The notes under the pieces are model-generated. The model did not search any database. It had not been told where the DNA came from and saw nothing but the letters and a program-made list of their open reading frames with translations. From the UHGV virus genome UHGV-0141439: 64,000 nt of DNA; one strand, written 5' to 3'. The translations under genes were made by a program, and so were the position numbers. The first letter of the stretch is position 1; each line of letters starts with the position of its first letter. This document shows positions 28,063-37,719 of this stretch, in pieces. Source of the DNA: a virus.

Positions 28063-29100
28063 ATGAGTAAGAAGTCGATCGAGAAAGAGTACAAACGGTT
28101 CCTGCAAACCGCTGAACGGTGGAAAGAGCTGGTGGTCGCAAACTCTGTTTTCCATGATACCAGTTATTCCGGCGAGGAATTCCGCCATGTTGCACTAACA
28201 CATGATCAGAATGTGCTAGAAGAAGCTGAAAAGTGCCTCACAGAATGGAAAGCCTTTGTTGACTTGTGCCGTAACGCTGACGGCAAAGCGTCTAACATTG
28301 TTGAGTCTGTATATTCTCCGATCCCATTCATTATCGAGGACACAAATCAAAGCACGCATATTGTTGTGCAAAGCGCGACCACCACCCGCTCATTTACGCG
28401 CGAAAATCTGCTCAAAAAATATGATGCAATTATAAAGAAAAGCCTGAAAAACAAGATATTTTCGCAGATTGTTGGTGCACTTGAAGAAGAGCGCCGTTTT
28501 TTCGCATCAGAACCTGAAGGGGAAGTTTACCGGGCGCGCAAAGATGGATACACAGATGTAGTGCTTACAACAAACATTGAAGGCAGCAATGCTCTGTCAC
28601 GATTCAGGGTAGGCGCACACGGAGCCTTAGTGTTCGCAAAACTTCCGAACACCACAGTGCCCGTTGTTAATAATGTCGGCGAACGTCGCAGCATTACTAT
28701 TTATTCTGGGGTTGAGTCGATACCTTGCGGCCTGCTTGGTGACTTTAGTCTCTATCGCGTTCGCGATCTGGAGAAACACCAACCAAGCTATGTTGCGAAG
28801 TCATACATCTTGCGAAACATCGACATCCGCAATGAGAGCTTAAAGAACAAATCAGCCAAAATGCTTGAGGAAGCCGATCCGGCTATTCGCCATATCATTG
28901 AGCGTAAAATACAGACAGCACGCGAAGCGATGGCGAGACTGAATAAAATGGATCTGGAGTTGTTAGACGTAATGATGACATCCGGAGATGACCTGACAGG
29001 CATAAAACTGACAGACGCGCGGAAAAGATACGGTAAAACCATAGAAGAACGTTACGGGTTCACTTTCTCCCAAACACAGCACGCCGCTAAACTCTGGTAA
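28063..29100 (+). CDS. Hypothetical 345-aa protein; candidate C1-type immunity repressor by position only
   Basis: Convergent with pacB, next to lox and cre (the place c1 occupies in P1), with an operator-like site over its promoter; no sequence motif recognised. Confidence 0.4.
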   Translation: MSKKSIEKEYKRFLQTAERWKELVVANSVFHDTSYSGEEFRHVALTHDQNVLEEAEKCLTEWKAFVDLCRNADGKASNIVESVYSPIPFIIEDTNQSTHIVVQSATTTRSFTRENLLKKYDAIIKKSLKNKIFSQIVGALEEERRFFASEPEGEVYRARKDGYTDVVLTTNIEGSNALSRFRVGAHGALVFAKLPNTTVPVVNNVGERRSITIYSGVESIPCGLLGDFSLYRVRDLEKHQPSYVAKSYILRNIDIRNESLKNKSAKMLEEADPAIRHIIERKIQTAREAMARLNKMDLELLDVMMTSGDDLTGIKLTDARKRYGKTIEERYGFTFSQTQHAAKLW

Positions 29101-29171
29101 TCACAAGCCCCGCATTGCCGGGGCTTTATCCGGTGCGCCGTAAAACCCCGTCCTTCAGGGCGTGGAGGATG

Positions 29172-30680
29172 TCAAATATCCAGATCTGGCATTTCTACAT
29201 CTGCAAGAACCTGATCGCGGAAGGTAGCCATTTCAGCGCCGATATCTTCATTAGCAGGAACATAGTCCACCAGCATTGTAAAGCAGTAGGTATCCCATCG
29301 GTCAGGTGATTTGATGTTCAGCTTTTGCCGCATGTGCTCCTTGCGCATCATCGCCATCTTCCCTTCTTCATTAAGTAAAAAGGGGATTTTTGACGCTTGC
29401 TCTGCCGTTTTAGGGTCGCTGTCTATTCGCATACGACCTGACTTTATGGCATCACGAGCCATAATATTTGCGTAGGCACGCTGGTTAACAAAACGCTCCT
29501 TGTCTTTGTTCGAAAACATGGGTTTCCCCCACCGAATCCGTACCGGATTAGCCCCACGGCGCACCAGCTGCGCACAGGTATCTGAACCAAAACCGTCTGC
29601 GTCAACCGCGATTGTAATATTCGGGTATTTATCCGGCGTGCATTCGTTGTATATAAAGTCAGCAAAAGCCAGCGGGTCCATAGTCCCTGGCATTTCCATT
29701 ACCTTAAAGTTAACAACACGCCGCTTTTCCCGGTGACCAGACACTTTACAGATATTAAGAACTGACTTGTCTCGCCCGTTACCAACGTCAGCAGTAGCCA
29801 CCCATCCCCAGTTTTTCTCCAACAACACCTTGCGCCGCGCAGCGCGATCGCATTCATCACGACCAAGCAAATAGCCGTTAATCTCCCGAGGAAACTGACC
29901 AAGAACCTTGACCATGTACTCAATAGAATCGCGCCCGCCATATTCTAGGAGTTTCTGCCTGATGAATTGTGGTGTGACGAACGGTGATTCTTCTGAGTTA
30001 AGAACAATTGCTGTCCAGATCCCTTTCGGGTTGTCTGGGGTTTTAGCTTGAGAATGGTGCGAATCGTAGAAATAACCACTTGGCCTTGTTGGCTGGGATA
30101 GCATCAACATTCGGTTATCTTCTTCAGTCAGAGCGCCAGTCATTACGCCGATCGCTTTATCAGATATACCTGATGCTTCATCCAGAATTAGAAGCAAATG
30201 TGCCGCGTGCTCCCCCGCCAGAGCTTCTTCGTTACCGAGTCGATAGCCTTTGCAGAGAACTTCCCAGATCCCCTTTCGAGAGCGTTCATAAAACATGGTG
30301 TCAGACAGGACAAAATAGGTCTGTAACCACCCATGACGCTTAACGGCATTCGCCCAATACTGTTTAACGTATTTGAATACACCTGTCTTAACCTGACCTA
30401 TTTTGTTAGCAACAATGATGACACGGGCATCGGGGAACAGAATCAAATAAATCAGCAACAACATAGCCGTTAGCGACGATTTCCCTGTACCGTGACCAGA
30501 GGTAACAGTGGTTCTGCTCCCTTTTTGCTGTACGGACTGGATAATCTCCTGCTGCTGGTGGGAGGGAAACATCCCGAATATATCAACAACAGCCTGGGTA
30601 AAGTTGTAGCGGTATTTGATTACCATATCGCGCCAGCGTGGATCGCTGGTGACGCATTTAATCTTGCGCCCACCAGCCAT
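29172..30680 (-). CDS. pacB: Terminase large subunit (PacB-type)
   Basis: 502 aa; Walker A SGHGTGKSS, Walker B LLILDEAS; follows the pacA-like gene. Confidence 0.75.
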   Translation of the reverse strand: MAGGRKIKCVTSDPRWRDMVIKYRYNFTQAVVDIFGMFPSHQQQEIIQSVQQKGSRTTVTSGHGTGKSSLTAMLLLIYLILFPDARVIIVANKIGQVKTGVFKYVKQYWANAVKRHGWLQTYFVLSDTMFYERSRKGIWEVLCKGYRLGNEEALAGEHAAHLLLILDEASGISDKAIGVMTGALTEEDNRMLMLSQPTRPSGYFYDSHHSQAKTPDNPKGIWTAIVLNSEESPFVTPQFIRQKLLEYGGRDSIEYMVKVLGQFPREINGYLLGRDECDRAARRKVLLEKNWGWVATADVGNGRDKSVLNICKVSGHREKRRVVNFKVMEMPGTMDPLAFADFIYNECTPDKYPNITIAVDADGFGSDTCAQLVRRGANPVRIRWGKPMFSNKDKERFVNQRAYANIMARDAIKSGRMRIDSDPKTAEQASKIPFLLNEEGKMAMMRKEHMRQKLNIKSPDRWDTYCFTMLVDYVPANEDIGAEMATFRDQVLADVEMPDLDI

Positions 30681-32044
30681 TAGTCATCCTCCGGCGGTTC
30701 TATCGCAATATCATCATCTCCGGCGTCATACCCTGCATCTGATGCATCATAATCACCGTAAATTTCAGCCGTTGCCGAAGGGTCAATGTCCAACTCTTCA
30801 TCGTTGGCCTCGAATTCCCCAGCCTTACGCTCGCCATTGTGGTCGTAATCTCCGCACCCCAGATCTTCAACAATGGTTGCCACATCCGCCCGGCGCTCTG
30901 CCAGCCATTGCGGATGGTTAGCCTGAAGCGATGCAAACTCCTTCGCTTCTTTGTCCAGCTGTTCATCATCAACATCATTGATGTCAGAAACTGGAGGTTC
31001 GAGAAGAGTGATAGCTTTCGCCGCGCGCGCCGCGAGGATAGCCGGGACACTGACACCCTGACGCTCGATGTATTCAGCAACACCGATATCGTCCAGCTCC
31101 TCGCGCTCACGCATACGTATAGCGGCGGCGATAACTCTGGCTGCGCGTGCGTCAGCGCCAATGCGATATTCAATCTCTTTGCCACGCTGTTCGGCCTGTA
31201 GGCGTGCTAATTCGAGTTTTTCTCTGGCCTCGGCCTCTCTGAATGCTTGCTGGCGAGCACCCTGACGAAGTTTTTCATCACCCTGTCGCAGCTTTTGTTC
31301 GGACTGATATATCGCTGCCAACCTACTGATAAAATCGTTCATGTAGTAGGCCGCGTCACTGATTAGACCGAGAAGTCGCTGCCCAGGGTGCATTCCTTCT
31401 GGCTGTTCATCACCCAGGGCGTCTATCTCCGCCTGTAGGCGTTCGGCCTCCTGATCAACAATGCTTTGGTACTGAAGTGCGCGTTCTTGCGCCATTTGAA
31501 TTGCTAACCGCAGGTGCTCTTCTGCGCCGTTCTTCATCATGTCGCGAGCCACACTCGTAGTGGGCAACGTGGCACGCTGCACAGCACCGCCAGGGATCAT
31601 TGCTGAAGATCCCTCGATTTTTGAGGCGCATTTATCTTCGGTGGGGATCATTTTCGCCATTTTTTCGCGCAATGATCTCCTGACAGATTCTTTTATCTCA
31701 TTGTTATTATTTGCATTATTTTCATGATCCGAAGTTTTCTTTCTCGGCATACTTCGGAAAGAACCTGTGCCCTGCGAATTGTCAATTTCTGTAAATTTTG
31801 TTGTTTCTGTACCCTCTTCTGGTCTTTTTTTTGCTCTTCCTGCCCGTTTTTTTTGAGGTGATTTGGTGCTTTTTTTTGTAGTCTTCACCTGCGACCGCAC
31901 CTCATTTTTTTTCATATTGAGATGCTTTCTGGCGGTATTGAAGCTAAGGTCGTGTTGCTCGCAGTATTCCTTTACGGTGATCCCTTTTTCTTCACGCAAC
32001 GCTATAAATTTGGCGCGGTGCTCTTCCCAATTAACCAGACTCAT
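30680..32044 (-). CDS. pacA: Terminase small subunit (PacA-type) with acidic C-terminus
   Basis: 454 aa; N-terminal HTH-like segment; stop overlaps the pacB start; contains a GATC cluster. Confidence 0.55.
   Translation of the reverse strand: MSLVNWEEHRAKFIALREEKGITVKEYCEQHDLSFNTARKHLNMKKNEVRSQVKTTKKSTKSPQKKRAGRAKKRPEEGTETTKFTEIDNSQGTGSFRSMPRKKTSDHENNANNNNEIKESVRRSLREKMAKMIPTEDKCASKIEGSSAMIPGGAVQRATLPTTSVARDMMKNGAEEHLRLAIQMAQERALQYQSIVDQEAERLQAEIDALGDEQPEGMHPGQRLLGLISDAAYYMNDFISRLAAIYQSEQKLRQGDEKLRQGARQQAFREAEAREKLELARLQAEQRGKEIEYRIGADARAARVIAAAIRMREREELDDIGVAEYIERQGVSVPAILAARAAKAITLLEPPVSDINDVDDEQLDKEAKEFASLQANHPQWLAERRADVATIVEDLGCGDYDHNGERKAGEFEANDEELDIDPSATAEIYGDYDASDAGYDAGDDDIAIEPPEDD
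31595..31729. other. Cluster of five GATC sites (TGATC(C/T) repeats in both orientations) inside pacA: candidate pac site
   Basis: GATC at 31595, 31608, 31646, 31674 and 31726; GGGATCATT occurs twice. Confidence 0.4.
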
Positions 32045-32433
32045 AAAGCAACACCACGCTTTTTAACGGCGGCATTCCACAGCTTATTCGCCATGTCCAC
32101 CAGCTCTCGTTGCTCTTTTCGCGCCTGTTCGACTGATTTCCTGCTACAGTTTTTAACCAGTAAGCTACCGTATTCAGGGGTGCGCCCGCGCACCTTGAAC
32201 TGATATCCGTTCAGGCCATGCAACCAGTATTTCCGTGGGTAAACACGATCATCAAGCTCACAAATAGCTCGGCTTGACCGCACAAAATGCCGAATGATGT
32301 TGGTTACACTTACTCGTGAAACATGAAGGTGAGGATATTTTTCTTTAGCTAGAGTGGTGATTTCGGTGACTGTCAGATAGCAGTCAGCCCTAATCATGAT
32401 ATCCGCAATTTCTGCGCTGCTGATATGCTCCAT
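32041..32433 (-). CDS. Lpa-like late-promoter activator candidate (by position upstream of pacA)
   Basis: 130-aa ORF overlapping the pacA start (ATGA); an operator pair lies upstream. Confidence 0.4.
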   Translation of the reverse strand: MEHISSAEIADIMIRADCYLTVTEITTLAKEKYPHLHVSRVSVTNIIRHFVRSSRAICELDDRVYPRKYWLHGLNGYQFKVRGRTPEYGSLLVKNCSRKSVEQARKEQRELVDMANKLWNAAVKKRGVAL

Positions 32434-32511
32434 TAATCCCCCAGGCAGGAAATGACCGAGGGGATGATAATGAGAATGTTATTTCTGTATAGACTGGCAA
32501 AAAGTTGGTTA

Positions 32512-32541
32512 TATTAGAAAATTAATTCCATTCATCTAACA
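32512..32541. promoter_or_regulatory. Paired operator-like sites TATTAGA-N16-TCTAACA
   Basis: Read directly; upstream of the Lpa-like gene. Confidence 0.55.
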
Positions 32542-32934
32542 CTACCAGCGAGATAAGCGAACGACGTGTTTTACCTTAGCGATCCACTTACCACGTGAGT
32601 TATTAATTACGGCCTGCGCCACCTTTAAGCTGACTTCAAAATCAGCCTTACGACCATCAGAATCCACCAGCGTTGCACCGTCTATTTCCGGCAGGCTTAA
32701 ATAATCCTGTTCTACCTCTAATGGCATTGACGGCTCTCTGAATGGTGTCAATTGCCGAGCTTTCCAGATAAAGCGAACTCTCAATCCCCTATAAGCCATT
32801 ACCATGTAGCCTGTTATCGTGCTCTTATGGCCTGCATCAGTACGCGCAGCATTACACGATACAATCTTACAGGTGACGATATTCCACTCCACGTTGGAGA
32901 CTTCGTGAATGCTTAATTTTGTTGTCTCGTACAT
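32542..32934 (-). CDS. Hypothetical protein
   Basis: 130-aa ORF. Confidence 0.4.
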   Translation of the reverse strand: MYETTKLSIHEVSNVEWNIVTCKIVSCNAARTDAGHKSTITGYMVMAYRGLRVRFIWKARQLTPFREPSMPLEVEQDYLSLPEIDGATLVDSDGRKADFEVSLKVAQAVINNSRGKWIAKVKHVVRLSRW

Positions 32935-33509
32935 CAGAATGCCTCCCAGTCAGTTGCGATAATATCCACGCCAGTTGCGAACCAGTCTGTCTGCGCCTGT
33001 AAATCCCCATTCATCATTACCAGGCGAGGCATAACCATCACATCGCACCCTTCCACAATATCGAATGCCTCTTCCGGCAAGAATTCGAAGAGCTTTTCTT
33101 TGCTGCCAATGCTGCCACGGAACATCGATAAATAGCTCCCTTTAGGCCATGATGCCCGGCGGGCATCCAGCCCCTTCATCATCCAGAACATGGCGGCAGA
33201 AAAATTGATGTTCTTTTTGGCGATGAAAACATTATTGGCTTCTGTTTGCTTCAGAAACTTAATTAGCCTTGCCATCGACTCGGATAACGCTACGTATGGC
33301 TCATGATTGGCTGCGGACACGCTCACACCATGTAATCCAACACTGACTACCGTCATATCGCCGCTTTGAGCGGTTTCAATGTTGACACCTTTGCGAACTA
33401 ACGAGGCATAAAGTTCCTCTCGCTTTTGTGTCCAGCGTTCCCGCTGACCGATGAAGTCACTCAATATGAGGTCTGCTTCTGCATACGCGTTATCGTTCGC
33501 CGTTAACAT
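32934..33509 (-). CDS. Hypothetical protein
   Basis: 191-aa ORF; AAAAGGAG RBS. Confidence 0.4.
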   Translation of the reverse strand: MLTANDNAYAEADLILSDFIGQRERWTQKREELYASLVRKGVNIETAQSGDMTVVSVGLHGVSVSAANHEPYVALSESMARLIKFLKQTEANNVFIAKKNINFSAAMFWMMKGLDARRASWPKGSYLSMFRGSIGSKEKLFEFLPEEAFDIVEGCDVMVMPRLVMMNGDLQAQTDWFATGVDIIATDWEAF

Positions 33510-33629
33510 AACGTCTCCTTTTTACACGCGCGACCATCCCTCGGTTAAACCGATAGAGATGTCGAAACTTCGTATTAATTAAGGGTTACAGCCTGAGCGG
33601 CTATATGATGAATTGAAAGGAGTTGTGGC

Positions 33630-33644
33630 GGTGGTGCCTCCACC
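33630..33644. other. Hairpin GGTGG-TGCCT-CCACC
   Basis: One of three hairpins with an identical loop and different complementary 5-bp stems. Confidence 0.4.
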
Positions 33645-33962
33645 TGCCAGGTTAGCCACTCCTGGCGACGTCACTTATCAGAACGTAGTGAATGAAAATG
33701 GCTTCGTCACGAGCGCATAGCCGCAATTACCACAACGGAAACGGCGCTCACGCTAATTAAACGCCTTTTCCTGTTGTGCGCCGTACTCTTCCGGCTGTCA
33801 CACCGAATCGCCAGGGTGGTGAGTCCTCGGTCCGACGATATGAACGGGGCTTGCACATTCCGGCTACCTGGTTTGTTGCCTGAGCTAGGGGAAAAGGTAA
33901 CCCCTTTAACGTCACCAGACCGCTAACGACGCATGTGCCATACGCCGTGTTACAACCAAATA

Positions 33963-34038
33963 TGGTGGCCCCTACCGGACTTGAACCGGTGACCGTGCGA
34001 TTATGAGTCGCCAGCTCTAACCACTGAGCTAAAGGGCC
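33963..34038 (-). tRNA. tRNA-Ile2/Met type, anticodon CAU
   Basis: Hand-folded 76-nt cloverleaf with encoded CCA; closely resembles E. coli ileX. Confidence 0.8.
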
Positions 34039-34208
34039 AGATTACTGTTAATTCCGCTTACGCTTTTTGCCAGAACCGCGTAAGGCTTTTGCCGCTTGCT
34101 CGATCCCATATGCAACCACCAGCAGAAATAAAAATGTCCAACCAGGGTTCTTATCGGCAAAGGCCCAAAAATCCATCACTTGCAGCTACCTTTTAAGACA
34201 AAACGCCA

Positions 34209-34223
34209 TTGCTGTTAGATTGC
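34209..34223. other. Hairpin CCTGG-TGCCT-CCAGG
   Basis: Second member of the covarying hairpin set. Confidence 0.4.
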
Positions 34224-34450
34224 GGTGCCTGGTGCCTCCAGGTGACGTTAACCAGTTAACAATTAACGCCGGGATGTTTGATTTAACCACTAAGGAGGAT
34301 TGTTTTAACTGTTCCGCGTGCGCTTAGCCGCATTCACCGCAATGGTAAGAGCACTTGGCTGGCTGGGCGGCGATGACGCCTGTACGCATTTGGTGATCCG
34401 GTTCTGCTTCCGGCATTCGCTTAATTAGCCAAATACTCTTAACGTTGCGC

Positions 34451-34537
34451 TGGCGGAGAGTAATGGAATCGAACCATCATCGCTTGCGCAATGGGACGGT
34501 TTTCAAGACCGCTTGAGCACCATGCTCCCTACTCTCC
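34451..34537 (-). tRNA. tRNA-Ser, anticodon UGA (class II, long variable arm), tentative
   Basis: 87 nt; GGAGAGT/ACTCTCC acceptor stem, loop CUUGAAA, GGTTCGATTCC T-arm, encoded CCA; D-arm spacing is atypical. Confidence 0.55.
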
Positions 34538-34682
34538 GGCCGTTGTGGTGGCCGGTACTGAATCTCCGGCATACGGTGCAGCCAATTAGGACTACGGACG
34601 ATCACCGCTCGCGAAAGGGAAGATTTGCGGCCGCATTTCCCTAACATCCAAGAAAGCTATCGCATCAGTCTGCGAATCCACC

Positions 34683-34774
34683 ACAACGTTGAGAACACTG
34701 GTTGTCACGCTGCAACGCAACATTTATTCGTAGATTGGGATATGACCCCGTTACGTCAGTGTTCTCAACGTTGT
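34683..34774. repeat. Perfect 18-bp inverted repeat ACAACGTTGAGAACACTG with 56-bp spacer
   Basis: Arms at 34683-34700 and 34757-34774. Confidence 0.6.
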
Positions 34775-35002
34775 AGTACCGGTTACGGTTCCGGCCAGGC
34801 CTCTTCCTCAACGGGGTATTCTCCATACGGACTACCGTTTATTGGTCGTTCCTGCGGTTTATGTTGTGAAGCCAGATGCTTATCTTCTGGTTGCTTCAAA
34901 GAGCTGCACTTCATCACAACGGTAAGGGTACTTCGTAGGGATTCGAACCCTCTGCCAAGCACGGCGATCTCCGACGTCGCAAAATACCCTTACCTGTTGT
35001 GT

Positions 35003-35078
35003 TGGTGCCGATTAACGGACTCGAACCGCTGACATCCTGCTTACAAGGCAGGCGCTCTACCAACTGAGCTAAACCGGC
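35003..35078 (-). tRNA. tRNA-Thr, anticodon UGU
   Basis: Canonical 76-nt cloverleaf, loop CUUGUAA, encoded CCA. Confidence 0.8.
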
Positions 35079-35080
35079 AT

Positions 35081-35157
35081 TGGCGATGGTGGGTGGATTC
35101 GAACCACCGACCGACAGCTTAGAAGGCTGCTGCTCTATCCTACTGAGCTACACCATC
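35081..35157 (-). tRNA. tRNA-Arg, anticodon UCU
   Basis: Canonical 77-nt cloverleaf, loop CUUCUAA, encoded CCA. Confidence 0.8.
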
Positions 35158-35660
35158 ACTTGCCGGTTACGTCTCCGGCGAGGGCTTCCACCTCCGTATG
35201 CTTTTCGGCGCACCGCGCCCTGGCTGCAATTCGGTAACAGGGGATGCACAACCCTGGCTTCCAGCGTGATTAGCGCCTTCAGCATGACGGGATATACCCG
35301 TAACCAACAAACTTTCCCATATACCATCAAACAATGGCTGTTACGCGGGAGGGACGTAACAGGTAAGGGCGCTGACCAGAAAGACCTGACCCTTCTCATT
35401 CATCTGGTTAATCACACCAGCGCCCTTGCCTGTTATGCCTCCCCGTTCCCTAATACACAGACGGGGACACTCTGCGGTCGATTTTTTGACGGGGGACGAC
35501 TCATACCCCGTGGCGTCTGGCTTCTTAGGCCGCTACCATCATCAGATCATCGTTTGCATTTACTTTAATGGTCGGTTTCTAAACCGCCGCAAAGCCGCTA
35601 ACCATGACGAAAACCCTAAAAAAGCCCACCCGAAGATGGGCAAATACGCTACATCTCACA

Positions 35661-35739
35661 CAAGAAAGAAGCCGACTGCCTGAGCTGGATTCACTTTCAA
35701 ATGCCCGCAGAAAGGGAACACAAGTCGGCTTCTTTCTTG
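35661..35739. repeat. Perfect 17-bp inverted repeat CAAGAAAGAAGCCGACT with 45-bp spacer
   Basis: Arms at 35661-35677 and 35723-35739. Confidence 0.6.
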
Positions 35740-35856
35740 ATGCGGCACTCTCTCCGCCCGTCACCGCTCTGTCTCGGTTGTCGCGTTTGCCACGCCAGCC
35801 ATAACGAGGTTTAAAGTCTTTGCACGTTTCCATCACTCGACTGCCGTCTGTGGCTG

Positions 35857-35871
35857 TTCGTTGCAGCGGGG
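35857..35871. other. Hairpin GGGGG-TGCCT-CCCCC
   Basis: Third member of the covarying hairpin set; followed by the palindrome GGGGATATCCCC. Confidence 0.4.
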
Positions 35872-35956
35872 GTGCCTCCCCCTGGGGATATCCCCGGCCT
35901 TACCCCATTCTTTCAAGACACAATGCAAGGCCGCATCCGCATAGGTGCATTACCGC

Positions 35957-36021
35957 AACATTAAGGAGACTTAGGGCAAAAGGTAATCGCCACAAAAAAA
36001 TCCCTATGCCTCCTTAATGTT
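35957..36021. repeat. 12-bp inverted repeat AACATTAAGGAG with 41-bp spacer
   Basis: Arms at 35957-35968 and 36010-36021. Confidence 0.55.
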
Positions 36022-36030
36022 GAGGATGTG

Positions 36031-36088
36031 CATTGATGATGATTCGATGCGGCGAGTCCCGTTACTCTCTGCCGGACCATCATCAATG
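36031..36088. repeat. 11-bp inverted repeat CATTGATGATG with 36-bp spacer
   Basis: Arms at 36031-36041 and 36078-36088. Confidence 0.55.
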
Positions 36089-36221
36089 AACATCTTAAAA
36101 AGACCTTCCGTGGCTCAACATGTCTTGTCGTTTACTCCGTAAAGTGCTCTCTCTGAAACCACTTTACGCACTAAACCTGCTGAACTTTGGCTTGCTCGGT
36201 GCCAAAGCGAATCCCTGTATG

Positions 36222-36238
36222 CATGTAATTTTCTAACA
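36222..36238. promoter_or_regulatory. 17-bp operator-like site (reverse orientation)
   Basis: Plus strand CATGTAATTTTCTAACA. Confidence 0.45.
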
Positions 36239-36377
36239 CTTTAATTTGTTATTTGCTGGTGGGCGAACAACAACCAATAAGTGACTATCAAGCCCAGCAA
36301 GCGAAATGTGGCAACGCTCCACCAGCAAGGAAAATTCTAAGTTAAGTTACTCTCACAATCAATATGTTCGTTTGGTG

Positions 36378-36394
36378 AAATTAGATTTCTAACA
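36378..36394. promoter_or_regulatory. 17-bp operator-like site (reverse orientation), with a degenerate partner TGTTCGT 16 bp upstream
   Basis: Plus strand AAATTAGATTTCTAACA; overlaps the stop region of the 406-aa gene. Confidence 0.5.
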
Positions 36395-36396
36395 CA

Positions 36397-37617
36397 TTAT
36401 TTCCCATAAAGATCTTCTACGCCCCCATTCTTCTTGTCCCATTCGTTAGCCCACACCCGGCAGGCATCAATAATTTCTTGACGACGGTCGCCCTGCATAA
36501 AGGGGATGCTTTCATGAAAACTACTTGGGATACAGGCCACGCTGAATACGGTATCAAACGCAGTCTGTTTGATAGCTTCCAACGTCTCTGGGCGCATTTT
36601 CAATTCATCGATCGGCGCATCCTTAGAGTCCATAATCCGGCGATGCAGGCGCGGGAAATCAGTCTCCAGGTACGCCATAATTTTATCTGCCAGGCATTCG
36701 TCTATATCGGTATTCCAGTCCGTTTCGAAGCCGGGCAGGCGATAGTAAAGCGGCGTTCCCCATACTGATGGGATCACATCCATCGTCAGCAGGCGGTTGG
36801 TTCTAATTTGTTGATGGTAATTAGCCGTCAACAGAGCTTCACCACGCTGACCAGTCTCCGCAACCAGACCATGCGGGTACTCATGGATATAGGCAATAGC
36901 ATCCACCCCGTCATACATGAGCGGGAATGTCTCTGGCCTTTGTCCCATACCACAAGCGCGGTTCAGATCATGACCAAGCTGTGAGCACTCTCGTTTCAGC
37001 GTTTCAATAATGTTCTGCGCTGCTGCTAACTTTTTACGCAGTGTGACGCCTTCGCCTTGATACTTAATGCATTGCTGATTCAGCTCTGTTAAACGCTCTT
37101 TTAGTTCCCGACGCTCTCTTTTCAGCGCACGGTTATCCTTCTCCGCAACATCCAGTCGTTTTGACAGACTGGCTGGATAGTCTTTTTTGTAACGACTCAA
37201 ATCGGCTTCTGCGGATTTGCGCAGTGTGTTTGCCTGTTCAAGACGCGCTTCCAGATTGCCGATCTCACTACGCATATTCGCGGCAAATTGATTAACAGCA
37301 TTGCCAAGACTTTCAACTGTCGCTGATACGCCTGTGACTTGTGAAAAACGGATCAAGCCATCATTAACGGCTTGTTGATATTCCTCAAACTGATCCACCA
37401 GCTTGTTGTAATCAACCGTCCCTTCCTCAAGTAGCTGGTTGATCTCCGCGACCAGGTTATCAGTAGTGGCAATGACGCTCTCATGTAGCCGTCTAGACAG
37501 GTCATCCCCCGGATTCCGCTTTTGAATAAGGGCGATCTGTGTCCGCAGCGTTTCAATCGCGGCTGAGATGATTTCCAGATTAGAAGTATCAGTTTGTTGA
37601 CTCATTGCAGTTCCCAT
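36397..37617 (-). CDS. Hypothetical 406-aa protein, N-terminal coiled coil plus C-terminal globular domain, flanked by operator-like sites
   Basis: Track ORF; likely start at MSQQTD (37605); no recognisable catalytic motif. Confidence 0.5.
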   Translation of the reverse strand: MGTAMSQQTDTSNLEIISAAIETLRTQIALIQKRNPGDDLSRRLHESVIATTDNLVAEINQLLEEGTVDYNKLVDQFEEYQQAVNDGLIRFSQVTGVSATVESLGNAVNQFAANMRSEIGNLEARLEQANTLRKSAEADLSRYKKDYPASLSKRLDVAEKDNRALKRERRELKERLTELNQQCIKYQGEGVTLRKKLAAAQNIIETLKRECSQLGHDLNRACGMGQRPETFPLMYDGVDAIAYIHEYPHGLVAETGQRGEALLTANYHQQIRTNRLLTMDVIPSVWGTPLYYRLPGFETDWNTDIDECLADKIMAYLETDFPRLHRRIMDSKDAPIDELKMRPETLEAIKQTAFDTVFSVACIPSSFHESIPFMQGDRRQEIIDACRVWANEWDKKNGGVEDLYGK

Positions 37618-37627
37618 TGTTTTTGCA

Positions 37628-37644
37628 AAATTAGTTTTCTAACA
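37628..37644. promoter_or_regulatory. 17-bp operator-like site (reverse orientation) upstream of the 406-aa gene
   Basis: Plus strand AAATTAGTTTTCTAACA. Confidence 0.5.
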
Positions 37645-37719
37645 TATTTTATTAGTATGAGAACAAGATCGAAAGATGTGATAAACAAAAAACCCGCTAA
37701 TCGGCGGGTTTTTGAGCGG

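Noticed and set aside
34067-36017. Track ORFs in the tRNA island (34067-34327, 34625-35032, 35080-35568, 35148-35399, 35426-35683, 35579-35836, 35604-35804, 35820-36017)
   Set aside because: They overlap one another on both strands and overlap the tRNA genes and long inverted repeats, with no RBS context; the region is more likely non-coding structured DNA/RNA.
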